DNA of 64,000 nucleotides from assembly GCA_965655095.1 (NCBI GenBank), contig OZ296658.1:18662001-18726000 (forward strand), given 5' to 3'. Under the pieces are notes generated by a model. It was not told the origin of the DNA, ran no database searches, and saw only the letters and a list, made by a program, of their open reading frames with translations. Positions within the stretch are counted from its first letter, which is position 1. The number at the start of each line of letters is the position of its first letter. Made by a program: the position numbers and the translations under genes. Positions 53,470 through 63,668 of the stretch are shown one piece after another. The DNA comes from Haplodiscus bocki (Eukaryota).

Positions 53470-54015
53470 CTAAGTAATTAAATGTCTAAAACAATTTGGA
53501 AGCCAATTATAATCAAAATCTCCGAAGTCTTCTTCAATAAATTTTTTTTCCAGTTTTCTACAAAGCATTGATCTCGGTTGGGTTATATAAAGTGCAAAAT
53601 GTCATATTCTGAAGATCGGATGTAAATGTTATATCAATTTCATCGACTCATTCAGTTTTATTCTTATCAACAGTATCTAGAAACTCAAGTGGTGACACTT
53701 TTATTGCTATTGGTAATTCAATCATGCGAGGCTTAAACAAATGTGGTCTCTCCAGTGTAATTATGCTCGGAACAGAAATCCTTTTTTATAAGTATGTCAT
53801 TTTTCCGCCACGTAACACAGACAGCAAAATTATCGAGCTTTTTTTATGCTTATCATAGAATGGTTGAATGATAACTCTAAAATATCAATTTCTGGGTTTC
53901 TTACAATATATTTATTTATAATCAGGTTTGAAAAATATTTATGTTTCTTTGATCTTTCATGTTTTTTCTCATTTTTGTTTTTTATTTTAGATAGACATAT
54001 ATTACATTCTTCCAT
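53470..54015 (-). pseudogene. Polinton C2H2 (U1/matrin-like) zinc-finger protein, frameshifted
   Basis: MEECNICLSKIKNKNEKKHERSKKH (CxxC..HxxSxxH), continuing through frameshifts to DEIDITFTSDLQNMTF..QPRSMLCRKLE. Confidence 0.6.
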
Positions 54016-54267
54016 TTATATTATAATATTTTTGTGCTTTTCTAAATATTCTATTCTACTAATTTTCATTTTCAATTTTATATCTAAATCTGTTAATGTT
54101 GTACCCAATATATTTATCAATTTTTTAAGAATAACAATTTAAATCAAAGAATCATATCCTGTTTTTGATTGATAATTATAAGGTAATCTATTATATCTGT
54201 CTAACATATTAGTTATTTTAACTCGTACTTGTGGATCTTTTTTAATTACATTTATAAAATCATCCAT
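54016..54267 (-). pseudogene. Polinton small hypothetical protein with one internal stop
   Basis: MDDFINVIKKDPQVRV...EKHKNIII; its TAA abuts the ATG of the next gene (TAAATG). Confidence 0.5.
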
Positions 54268-54328
54268 TTATCATATGGAGAAAATTGGAATCTTAAATAA
54301 ATTTTTTCATGTAATCTTACCTAAATAA

Positions 54329-54487
54329 ATGAATAGTGAAAGTGATAAATATGAAGATATATATTGTGAAGATGATGGAGAATGTAGAGTTTACTGTGAT
54401 GTTTGTGATAAACTATGTATAGAAAGATATTATACAAATCATTTGAAATCAGGAACTCACACAAATAATTTCTATAAAAGACAATGA
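54329..54487 (+). CDS. 52-aa C2H2 zinc-finger protein
   Basis: MNSESDKYEDIYCEDDGECRVYCDVCDKLCIERYYTNHLKSGTHTNNFYKRQ; YCDVC..HLKSxxH motif; TAAATG start. Confidence 0.7.
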   Translation: MNSESDKYEDIYCEDDGECRVYCDVCDKLCIERYYTNHLKSGTHTNNFYKRQ

Positions 54488-54513
54488 TTAAACAATTGTT
54501 TTCTTTAAAGTAA

Positions 54514-54723
54514 ATGTAAGTATTGAATGTTACTGATTATAATAATATGACTAATGATTATAACATTAGTTTATCAACAAATAAGAATTGCACTATAAAT
54601 GGAAACAATATTGATATAACTATACCAACATTTATACTAGCAATACGTTGTGGTCTATCGTTTTTTTGTTTGATGAGTTTGATGGTGTACACATTAATTA
54701 AACATTTATTCAATAATAAATGA
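54514..54723 (+). pseudogene. Small single-pass membrane glycoprotein-like ORF (stop at codon 2)
   Basis: TAAATG-TAA then in-frame VLNVTDYNNMTNDYNISLSTNKNCTI with four NxS/T sequons, followed by a hydrophobic C-terminal segment. Confidence 0.5.
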
Positions 54724-55445
54724 TAACGGAGAAGTTTCTTTACCCAACTCATATCCAGTTAGATGTATCATAAACGGACCTAGCGAATGCGGCAAATCAG
54801 TTTTTCTAACAAATTTAATTTTAAATATTTTTAACAAAAATGATAAAATTTACATATACTCACCCAGTTTACATCAAGATTTATATCGAAAATTGATTTA
54901 ATGTCCCAATAATTATATACCCATTCACATAATCCCAAAGATTTTAAATGAAAAAGATATTGATTTAGTGATCGAAGAGATAGTTAATAAGACTTTGAAA
55001 AATCTCATACTGAAATAGAAACATTTGATAATAAAGATGAAATAAACGTTCCTCAAAAATATGATGGAGGAATTATTATCTTGGACGGTTTAAATGAAAG
55101 AAAAATGAACGATCCTCGGGTTCAAGCGATGTTCAAGAGGTCAAGACACAATATTTGATCTATATTCATAATCAGTCAAGATTACAATGAACTACCAAAG
55201 AGAACTATTCGTGCTAATAGAAATACTTTCACAAATTCAAACCAAACATTTTCAGAGATGTACGAAATCTCTATCAAGACAAAGCTTCTATGGACATGAC
55301 AATAAACGAATTCAAGTACTTAACTACTACTTGTTGGAATGAAAAATGTCAACCTCCTACAATTGACATGACTAAAGACAAATATACAGGTAGATATCGA
55401 TTAGGATTAAATTCAATATTTGTTCCTGATAGCTCTCTTTTTTAA
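54720..55445 (+). pseudogene. A32/FtsK-HerA-like DNA packaging ATPase
   Basis: Walker A CIINGPSECGKS (~54764-54799), Walker B GGIIILDG (D>G), RSRHN, IISQ, TIRAN; several frameshifts and stops. Confidence 0.92.
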
Positions 55446-55624
55446 GAGATGAATACATACAAATATATTCATAACTATACTAGAGATTGATGAATAATTA
55501 TATCAGTATTTGTACATACACAATTATAGTTATATCATCTTCATACAATTATATTTGTACTTATACTAAAGATATACATACAATTATACGAGTATCTATT
55601 CGATGATAATTTCAACCGTTAGAG

Positions 55625-56461
55625 GTGAGTATTTATTCTAATGTAAGTGAACAAGATTTGATCTTTCTACGTAATTTAGCAGAACAACAGAAAAAACAAT
55701 GAACTCTTAAAAGTAACAAAAAATTTAAAACAAACTCTTGATATTCAATTAGCAGAATCTTTATCACCTATCAAAAAAAAATTAGATGAAGTAAAAGAAG
55801 CCACTCACAATTTTGGAGAAGTTATTAAAGAATCACAACCAGAAACACCTCAATTAGCTATAGAAAATACTCCAACTCATCAACCAATTGAAAATAATGA
55901 AGGGGTGGTATATGACGTTGAATTAGAAAATATTTTAAGGAATATGACAGGTAAAACAGGGTTGTTTAAAACAGATAATGATCGTGATCGTGGTTGGATG
56001 TGGAATGGCTGTCCTATTAAAACATCAAGTGGAACAGAAGTAAAAATTAATGGTAGAAAATTTTATATAACTCCAGGTATTCAAAAAGTATTAACTCCAC
56101 ATCTAACATACCTCTGGAAAAATTAAATGATAAAGACAATGAAATTTTTATCAATTTTTGAGAAAGTCTCGATTTTGAGAAATATAAAGCAAAACGTGGT
56201 GAATTTAAATCAGGTAGATACAAACAATCAAAAACCACTTTTAAAAAACATAATGTGAAAGGCCAAGGAATTGAGAAAATCATCATACCCTCTAACATAA
56301 TTGATATCTATACTAGATTAGAAATCCTACTAGAATTAAAACTATCTGTACATACTGATACTCTAACAGAAGCAAGCAACCTAATAGACGAAATATACAA
56401 GAGAGGTGAAATACAATACAAACAACAATATCAAAATGCTCTTTACAAATTTTCTACCTAA
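55625..56461 (+). pseudogene. Conserved Polinton virion-module ORF (possibly PZ-like)
   Basis: C-terminal GQG..IIIPSNIIDIYTRLEILLELKLSVHTDTLTEASNLIDEIYKRGEI resembles the recurrent Polinton motif LPSDPNxLxxRLxLL..GN..ExxxIxDEL; lies just upstream of the penton gene. Confidence 0.6.
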
Positions 56462-56465
56462 TAAA

Positions 56466-56772
56466 ATGGAGCTACCTAGTAAAGTATTACAACAAATAGC
56501 ATTTAAAACAGGACCTAAAATAGAAGAGCATATGTTTGTTGTTTTGGATAAAAGCACTCCCCAAGAACACTTATCTCAACCATTGCAAACTAAAAAAAAC
56601 TTTAAAATACCTGTGACATTTTTAACTGGTTATAATGGTATTTTCATTGTTACAGACAAAAATAATAAATTTTATTTCAAGAAAACAATTACCGACGGAG
56701 ATGGTTTTATCCAGATTACCGTGCCGCCTGGTGCTTACGAAATTCAAAGTCTGAATAATGAAATTAAAATTT
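56466..56772 (+). pseudogene. Minor capsid (penton) protein, N-terminal part only
   Basis: FLTGYNGIFIVTDKNNKFYF..IQITVPPGAYEIQSLNNEIK matches the Polinton penton YNxxxNI..NNxF..IxIPxGxYEIxxLN motif; truncated. Confidence 0.8.
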
Positions 56773-56801
56773 ATTAAAATGAATATTAAAATTAAAATGA
56801 A

Positions 56802-57863
56802 ATTTATTCGTTAATAAATAATGGTTATGCTTTCTGTTTCAAAGAAGCTCGTTTAAGTATTACTATTGGTGGTGATATTGAACATAAAAATCTTTGCGGG
56901 CAAGTAAGTACTATTAAGAATGGTATATCAAATAAAGGTGATGATTTATTATCTCAATTTGATAATATTAACGAAAATGATATTCCTCTTCTTGAGAAAC
57001 TTAACAATTTACCGACCCAAATAAGATCTACACCACATCAGAAAATGTTGATAGATAACCATACTGATGCTAACAAACGTAAAAGAAAAAATATTTGTTT
57101 TTAGAAGATACTTTTGGATTTTGTAAAAGTTTTTAAAAGGTAACTAAAAATCTAGGCCTTCATCTGATGTTGAAAACAAATGATTTACAAGATATTATTT
57201 ATACATCTATGGCTGATGATATAAATGTGACTAATAATAGTTTATACCTATATATACCAAAATTAATTCCATCTGTTGAAGCTCAATTAATGTTTTATGA
57301 AGCTACTCAAAATATTTATAAGAAATCTCTCAACGAAAGGTATACTGAAAGACGAATAATATCAGATTTATTAGTTCAAAAAGATATAGGATCGACGCAA
57401 CAAGTGAATTCTCACAAATATTTGAATGGTCCTCACCCAACAAGTCTTAGAACAACCACTCCTGCAAAAAATGTTAATATAGCAATATTTGATAACCTAG
57501 ATGTTCGAAAAAATTAGGTTGAGATTGACGGTCAAAGATATCCTAGATATAGTGTTCTTATAAAATATGAATAAAATGATTATATTCAACAGTATAAAGA
57601 TTTAAAGTTTTTTTTTGAAAGAATACAATGGAGAACTTTTAATAAATCCTCTTATATCATATCCAGAAATGAAAACAAAATACCCTATCAAAATATTAGA
57701 TTTAAAACATCAAACTCGACATATAACACCCAGAAAAACTCAACAATTTCAAGAATATGGTATTGATCCTGACATTGCTAGATTGTTTGTTATATCAATT
57801 AAACAAAGAGAAATTGAATTATTAAGTGCTGGGAATAAATTAATAGAAGAGAAAGTTATATAA
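56802..57863 (+). pseudogene. Major capsid (double jelly-roll) protein, N-terminally truncated
   Basis: IRLINNGYAFCFKEARLS..DIEH..GQVSTI, LEDTFGFCKSF, LYLYIPKLIPS, VEIDGQRYP, YPIKILDLKHQ, all Polinton MCP-type motifs; multiple frameshifts. Confidence 0.82.
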
Positions 57864-58062
57864 TCACAAACATTCATATATGAATAATAAATATAATCGT
57901 AATTATAATTGTATAAATTTACATATAATTGTAAGTATACCCAAATAAAAACACTCATAAAATTATACTAGAAGTTATTTAGAAATTATGTGACAGATAC
58001 ACTTATACGAGTATTTATACTCGAGTATACAAACACTTATAAGTGATAGTATGTATATAAAA

Positions 58063-58451
58063 ATGAAAATATTAAATTTTAAAGACTTCATGAAAAATTA
58101 TAATTTAAAAAATGATACTATGAATGCATTTGATTTACAGAGAGTTAATAATTATCCTATTTACCCCAGAGATTCTAAAATATTTTCAGATAAAGATTCG
58201 TAAATATTGATAATGGATCTCAACGTGGATCTCACTGGACTTGTTTTATAGTACAAGGTAACAAATCATACTACTTTGACTCTTTTGGCGGTCAGCCAGA
58301 TAAATTTCTACTTAACCATATACCTAAACCATTAATTTATCACAATTATAAAATTCAAGATATAAATTCTAAAATACGTGGTTCATATTGCTTATACTTC
58401 TTCTATTTACTTGAAAGAATGAATTTTTATGATACTATTTTGAAAACGTAA
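58063..58451 (+). pseudogene. Adenain-like cysteine maturation protease
   Basis: VNIDNGSQRGSHWTCF, YYFDSFGG, IQDINSKIRGSYCL; catalytic His and Asp and oxyanion Gln present, catalytic Cys replaced by Arg (CGT); one frameshift at ~58195. Confidence 0.92.
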
Positions 58452-58558
58452 TTTTAAAAAATGTAAACCAAAAGTTCTCACATTTTCTTTTCAGTATGAA
58501 ACCCTCTTTGAAAGTTTGTTGAAGAGAACGTTGATTTGAGTCGATTTTATATTTTTAC

Positions 58559-60026
58559 ATGCCGATAAATGTATTTGGTAATAGTTCTTCCTTATATGAT
58601 AATGGTAATAAAAAGGATAGTTTGTTTGTACAAAAACCTTACTTAAGAACTAATTATTTGGAAAGTAAAATTGAAGAAGATATTGACTTGAAAAATTAAT
58701 TTAGAATTAAAAATTTTTTTGATCCTTTATCCTTACGAGAAGCAGCTCCAAAAATTTATGTCGATCAAGCTAAAACACTTGGTGTAAATGAATCGTTATT
58801 GTTGAGATTACACACTGATGCAATACCAAAACTAGATGAACGAGGTTATACACTTCTTGATTCTACTGTGACTTCACCGCAGACAACAATGGAAATACCT
58901 AATAAAAGTTATGTTGATAATCAATTGAATGATCCTAGCATAATAAAAAAACGCTGATCATGTTGACTTCAATGATAAAAATCTCGACAACGTTAGATTT
59001 GTTAAAATAAACAGCTTGCCAGCAGTTAGAGAACAACTTACGCCAAATTATTATGTTGATCAAGTTTTTTCTTATTGGCTAGATGAAATATCATTGTTAA
59101 GATTAGATCCTGATGTACAATTAAAACTACATGAACAAGATTCTAAAAATCTTAATTCTACTTTAACATCATCGAAGACGATAATAGAAGTACTTACTAA
59201 ATCATATGTTGATAGCTTACTTGGAATCAGTAGAAATAGACGAGATTTGTCATCTGTATCTAACGATAAAGATAATAAATTTGATAATAAGAAATTAACT
59301 AATCTAGATTTTATAACAGTTAATATAGATCCTAGTTTTGATAATGAACTAGCAAACAAAGAGTATATCGATGACTCAATAGGAGAAGGTACAATAGTAA
59401 AATTCAATCAAACACTAGAAAATTATCTCGAAGAATCTGTTGAAAACGACACATAGAACCTAACTAAAATTGATGAAATACAACATACAGTTACAACAAT
59501 TATTAAATATCCAAACACAGGAGGATATTTAATACAGAATTGGGTTCTAAAGTGTAATGAAAAAAAAATTTTTGGTAAAAGACAAAACTTTATAAAATCA
59601 ACAAAAACAAACAGTCCAACTGCTTATTTTGGAGCCGAGTCATTACCTCCTATCGATACTAGTTTTATGTACATTGAGTTATCATCTAATAATCATGGTA
59701 ATTTTGTTTTTGTCTGCTTCAAACGAACAGATACTATTGAAATTACTAATAAAACTGTCTATTATAACAGATAAACAATTTTAACCATTGATTCAATAAA
59801 ATCAATGGCTCGTTTTCTACATCAATTGTTATTAGAAGATAATACATGGAGTCTATGATATAAATAAGCTAAGAATGATCGGCATAGTGATAAATCATCT
59901 CAATGGACAAAATTAAATTTATATTTTAGTGAAGAAAATTATGGCATTAAATTAATATAAGATGAAATAGATACTCCTTATGCTGATATGTGCTTTAGTA
60001 AAACTACATTAACATATTCTGTATAA
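58559..60026 (+). pseudogene. Putative fibre/spike protein with KxYVD repeats
   Basis: Five (K/N)xY(V/I)D motifs, IKNFFDP..REAAPKIYVD and DP..NELANKEYID modules, an internal ~55-aa duplication and a beta-rich C-terminus; stops and frameshifts. Confidence 0.6.
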
Positions 60027-60029
60027 TAA

Positions 60030-60272
60030 ATGAATTATGGAAACTATTTTAAAGATCTGTTCGAATCAAAACCAAATTATAGATAAAAAGTATTATTAAT
60101 ACATCTAATTCAAAATGATGATGATTTATTAAAGGAATGTGGAGTTTTGAAGCGTGACACTATTCGTTTAAATAAAGAATATAAAACTATTTTGATAGAT
60201 CAAAATGAAGAAAACTTAGATCATATTAAAAACGGAGAAGAATCAGTAATTGAAAAGATTTTAAATAGGTAA
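60030..60272 (+). pseudogene. Polinton small hypothetical protein
   Basis: MNYGNYFKDLFESKPNYR*KVLLIHL..IEKILNR; TAAATG at both its start and its end. Confidence 0.5.
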
Positions 60273-60488
60273 ATGGAAGCTTTTCTTGCTGTAATGTTTG
60301 AGGATATTAGACATGAAAGATCATTAATATTATTACTGTCCGTGACAGATCTTGATATATTAAAACAAGCCAAATTCACAGATAGCGAAATGAACTTTAT
60401 ACAAAATTTAGCTTTAGAAAAATTACACAGACAGCGAATACTAAAAGAGGAAGTAGCTATTGCTTTACTCGAAGCGGAACTAGAATAG
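60273..60488 (+). CDS. Polinton small helical hypothetical protein (71 aa)
   Basis: Intact ORF with TAAATG start. Confidence 0.55.
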   Translation: MEAFLAVMFEDIRHERSLILLLSVTDLDILKQAKFTDSEMNFIQNLALEKLHRQRILKEEVAIALLEAELE

Positions 60489-60505
60489 TATTTCTTAAAT
60501 AATAA

Positions 60506-61116
60506 ACAAGTGGATATCCAAAAATAAATGAACCAGAATTGTTAAACATAAAAACAAGAGATGATGAAATTAAAAATCTGAAATATCAAACGGAGAAACA
60601 CGATTATGAGAATTTTTTAAAATCTCCTAAAATTGATAATGAATGTTATAAAAAAATTATAGAAAAAAATTTGAAAAAAAAAATATTGTTATTCATCACT
60701 GAGAAATTGATTGGATTCAGATCAGCAAAAGGTAGTTCAACATTGGGGTTTATCAATCCTGGTGCGGGTATTATTATTTCATCTAGCGCAAGTCTGTTAA
60801 CTAGTATTGTTCTCTTTATCAGAAATGAATACATATCAAAATTAAAGATACGATTTACTAAATTACATGATTGAATTAGTGTAATTACACTGCTAAATGA
60901 GAAAAGTTTAAGAACTTCTTTGGTTGATAAAAAATTGATAAAAAAGAAGCTGAGCAATTGAAAAAGGTTTATAACCATTACCTTGATAAGATAAAAGAAA
61001 TCATGAAAAATACTAGTTTCAAAGTAGAAGGTATTTTTGGTGATATTGTAAGTGAAAATAATTTTAGTCAAGAACAAATAACTAAACATAATAATTTTTT
61101 ATCCAAATTAATGTGA
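60506..61116 (+). pseudogene. Polinton membrane-associated protein (hydrophobic hairpin plus DxxIDxxE motif)
   Basis: Coiled-coil N-terminus, GSSTLGFINPGAGIIISSSASLLTSIVLFI hydrophobic hairpin, SLVDKKIDKKE; start codon decayed, internal stop and frameshift. Confidence 0.55.
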
Positions 61117-61217
61117 ATATAAACATAAATATCAAATATAATTTTTTAAACCTAGACAGAAAAAAATTATTGACTATCAACCGAGTGCTCCAACTGAAAA
61201 AACATTTGTATAGTTAA

Positions 61218-61376
61218 ATAACAAAAACATGGTGTGTTGGAGGAAAACATTTTTCTAATACTAAAAATATAATTGAATAATTAAAAATAAACCCTAAAAC
61301 TGAAAAACTCGCTAAAATTATCAAGCGAACATGTAATATTTGCGGTCGTAATAAATCTCAAATTTTTACTAAGTAA
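61218..61376 (+). pseudogene. Small basic zinc-ribbon protein (DUF5679-like)
   Basis: TKTWCVGGKH..KIIKRTCNICGRNKSQIF; start ATG>ATA, one internal stop. Confidence 0.5.
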
Positions 61377-61538
61377 ATGACTGGAGCAGAAACTTTTATA
61401 GTTATGGCTGTTAGTGCGAAAACTAAAAACCCTAAAGTTGGACAAGCTTCTAGAAATATTTTAAAGAGTAGATCCGGAGGTAAAGTTGTTAGTCTGATCA
61501 ACATCCACGGCAACGGTTTAAGATCAAAAGTTATGTAA
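61377..61538 (+). CDS. 53-aa basic, possibly core (pVII-like) peptide
   Basis: Lys/Arg-rich with SGG and HGNG glycine motifs resembling adenain cleavage sites; TAAATG start. Confidence 0.45.
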   Translation: MTGAETFIVMAVSAKTKNPKVGQASRNILKSRSGGKVVSLINIHGNGLRSKVM

Positions 61539-61567
61539 AATCATTTGAAATAAAGTTTGCTAAGTAA

Positions 61568-62304
61568 ATGAGTAATTGTGTTAAAGACTTATATGATTAT
61601 GATTTGGATTTAAGAAGTTTAAATGTGGAAGTACTCCATTGAAGAGTTATTTTCATAAAAACAAAATTAAAAATGATGGATTTCAACCGCAATGCAAATG
61701 TTGTAGGAAAGAATATTATGAAGGTAGTAAAGATCGATTACTAAACAAACAAAAAAATATAATAAAGACAGTCATGATCAAATGATTGAATATCAGAAAA
61801 AAACTTTATTTAGATATTCGCGATCAAATAACTGAATATCATACAAAATATAAAAAAGAAAACAGAATAAAGATAAGATTTCGTGAAAAAAATAGAAGAG
61901 CTTCAGATTTAAATTTTAAACTAGCTTGTAATTTGAAATCAAGAACTAATAGGGCTTTCAAATCTCAAAATGTTAGAAAGACAAATAAAACATTTGATTG
62001 ACTTAGATGTCCCCTTTCATTTTATCAAAGATGGATTAATCATCAACTATATGGTGAAATGACAATAGAAAACTATGGTTCCGTATGGCAATTCGATCAC
62101 TGTTTACCAATAGCATCATTTAACCCATTGGATTAAAATGATATGAAGAAATGTTTCAATTGGGTTAACTTAAGACCTATGTATTGTAATGAGAACAACT
62201 CGAAACAGGATAAAATTGATATGAGATTGTATCTAATACAAGAAATAACGGCGAATTATTTTATAAAATTAAATGAAGAGGGACATAACAAAGATAGTCC
62301 TTGA
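61568..62304 (+). pseudogene. HNH endonuclease with N-terminal Zn finger (giant-virus/phage-like)
   Basis: KCG..FHKNK..DG..QCKCC, NFKLACNLKSR, EMTIENYGSVWQFDHCLPIASF..CFNWVNLRPMYCNENNSK (DH-N-N); stops and frameshifts. Confidence 0.75.
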
Positions 62305-63128
62305 TAAAATTAACAGTAAAGGTCCTAATAAAAACTTTGAAACTAATAAAACAATACACAATCACCTTGACGAAATCTGGTTTATTGATTCAGCAGATTT
62401 TTCAAATTATAAAACAGCAAATATCAAAGGATATAGATATATATTCATCATAATTGATAATTTCTCTAAGCATTTGTTGGCAATACCACCTAAAAATAAA
62501 AATAGTCAAGCAATAACGCAAGAATTTTCAAATATTCTGACAACATCAAAACGATCTTTTGTTAAAATAGAAAGCGATAGGGGTAAGGAACGGTATAAAT
62601 CTCGTTTTCAGAACCTCCTAAAAATTAAAAATATGCAACATTATTCAAGATTCACAGATAAATGTCCTAGTATAGCAGAACGAGTCATTAGAACTATACG
62701 TAACTTATTAAAGAAGCCTGTATTTGAAAAAGGAAACGCTAATTGGATCTCTGAACTTCAATCTGTTATTAAGAAAAATAATTATACAATTCACCATAGT
62801 ATTAAAATGACTCTACTTCGAGCTAGTACAAAAGGTAAATGAAAAAAAAGTCTATCGAAATCTCCGAGACAAGAGAGTAAAACAAAAACCTATGTTTAAA
62901 TTGGGAAAATTAGTTCGTACAATTGTTATTAAACGAGTCTTCAGCAAGGGAGATAGTACAAACTATAGTTATAAATTATACACAACAAATGAAGTCATAC
63001 ATGACACTTTTCCTAGCTACAGAATTGACTGTCTGCTCGAGAGATATAACGAATATCTATTACTTCCTACTAAACTATCTCTTGAACAAAACAATCAAGT
63101 TATGAAAGAACTAAATTTAATTCAATAA
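62273..63128 (+). pseudogene. Retroviral-like (rve) integrase
   Basis: DDE triad WFIDSAD / IESDRGKE / IAERVIRT, YIFIIIDNFSK, HHSIKMT; frameshift at ~62840, then FKLGKLVR..FSKGDSTNYS. Confidence 0.93.
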
Positions 63129-63143
63129 TATAATAAATAATAA

Positions 63144-63668
63144 ATGAAATTAACAGAAGATGAAAATATACAAAAAAATGGCAAACAATGTGGCCATTGC
63201 TCCCAAAATACACTTCTTCCGTTTGAATATGAATGGACTTGTATCTGATGTGGTTAGAATGTTATTAAAAGAAAGCACGAACTCGCTAAAATTCAACGAT
63301 AGCGAACAAATTTTATCAATCGGTTAAAATATGCAGAGCCCAAAGTCTTTTGTATTTGTGTAGACGCATATAAAATTTATGAAAGTAATGTTTATGATAA
63401 ATTATATGAAGCATTATCCGTAATAAAAAATAAAAAAATGAAAATAAACAAGACCTTAATCGAGAAATATAAACATATGTTAGCGATTCCTGATTTTGGA
63501 AAAATTTACTGGTCGAAAACAGCTAATGGTATATATAAAATTGGACATGATAGTATTAAAATAATGAAATGGATATGTTATTATGATCGATCTTATTATG
63601 AAAATATAAATTATTGTGACATATTGGGATCTGTTTTAAAATTTTTAATTGAAATATCCGAACGGTGA
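63144..63668 (+). pseudogene. Zinc-ribbon-containing Polinton protein
   Basis: KQCGHC..WTCI*CG in frame with the 63438-63668 ORF; three internal stops; TAAATG start. Confidence 0.55.

Noticed and set aside
59072-61089. Minus-strand ORFs 59072-59407 and 60646-61089
   Set aside because: Antisense shadows of plus-strand Polinton genes.
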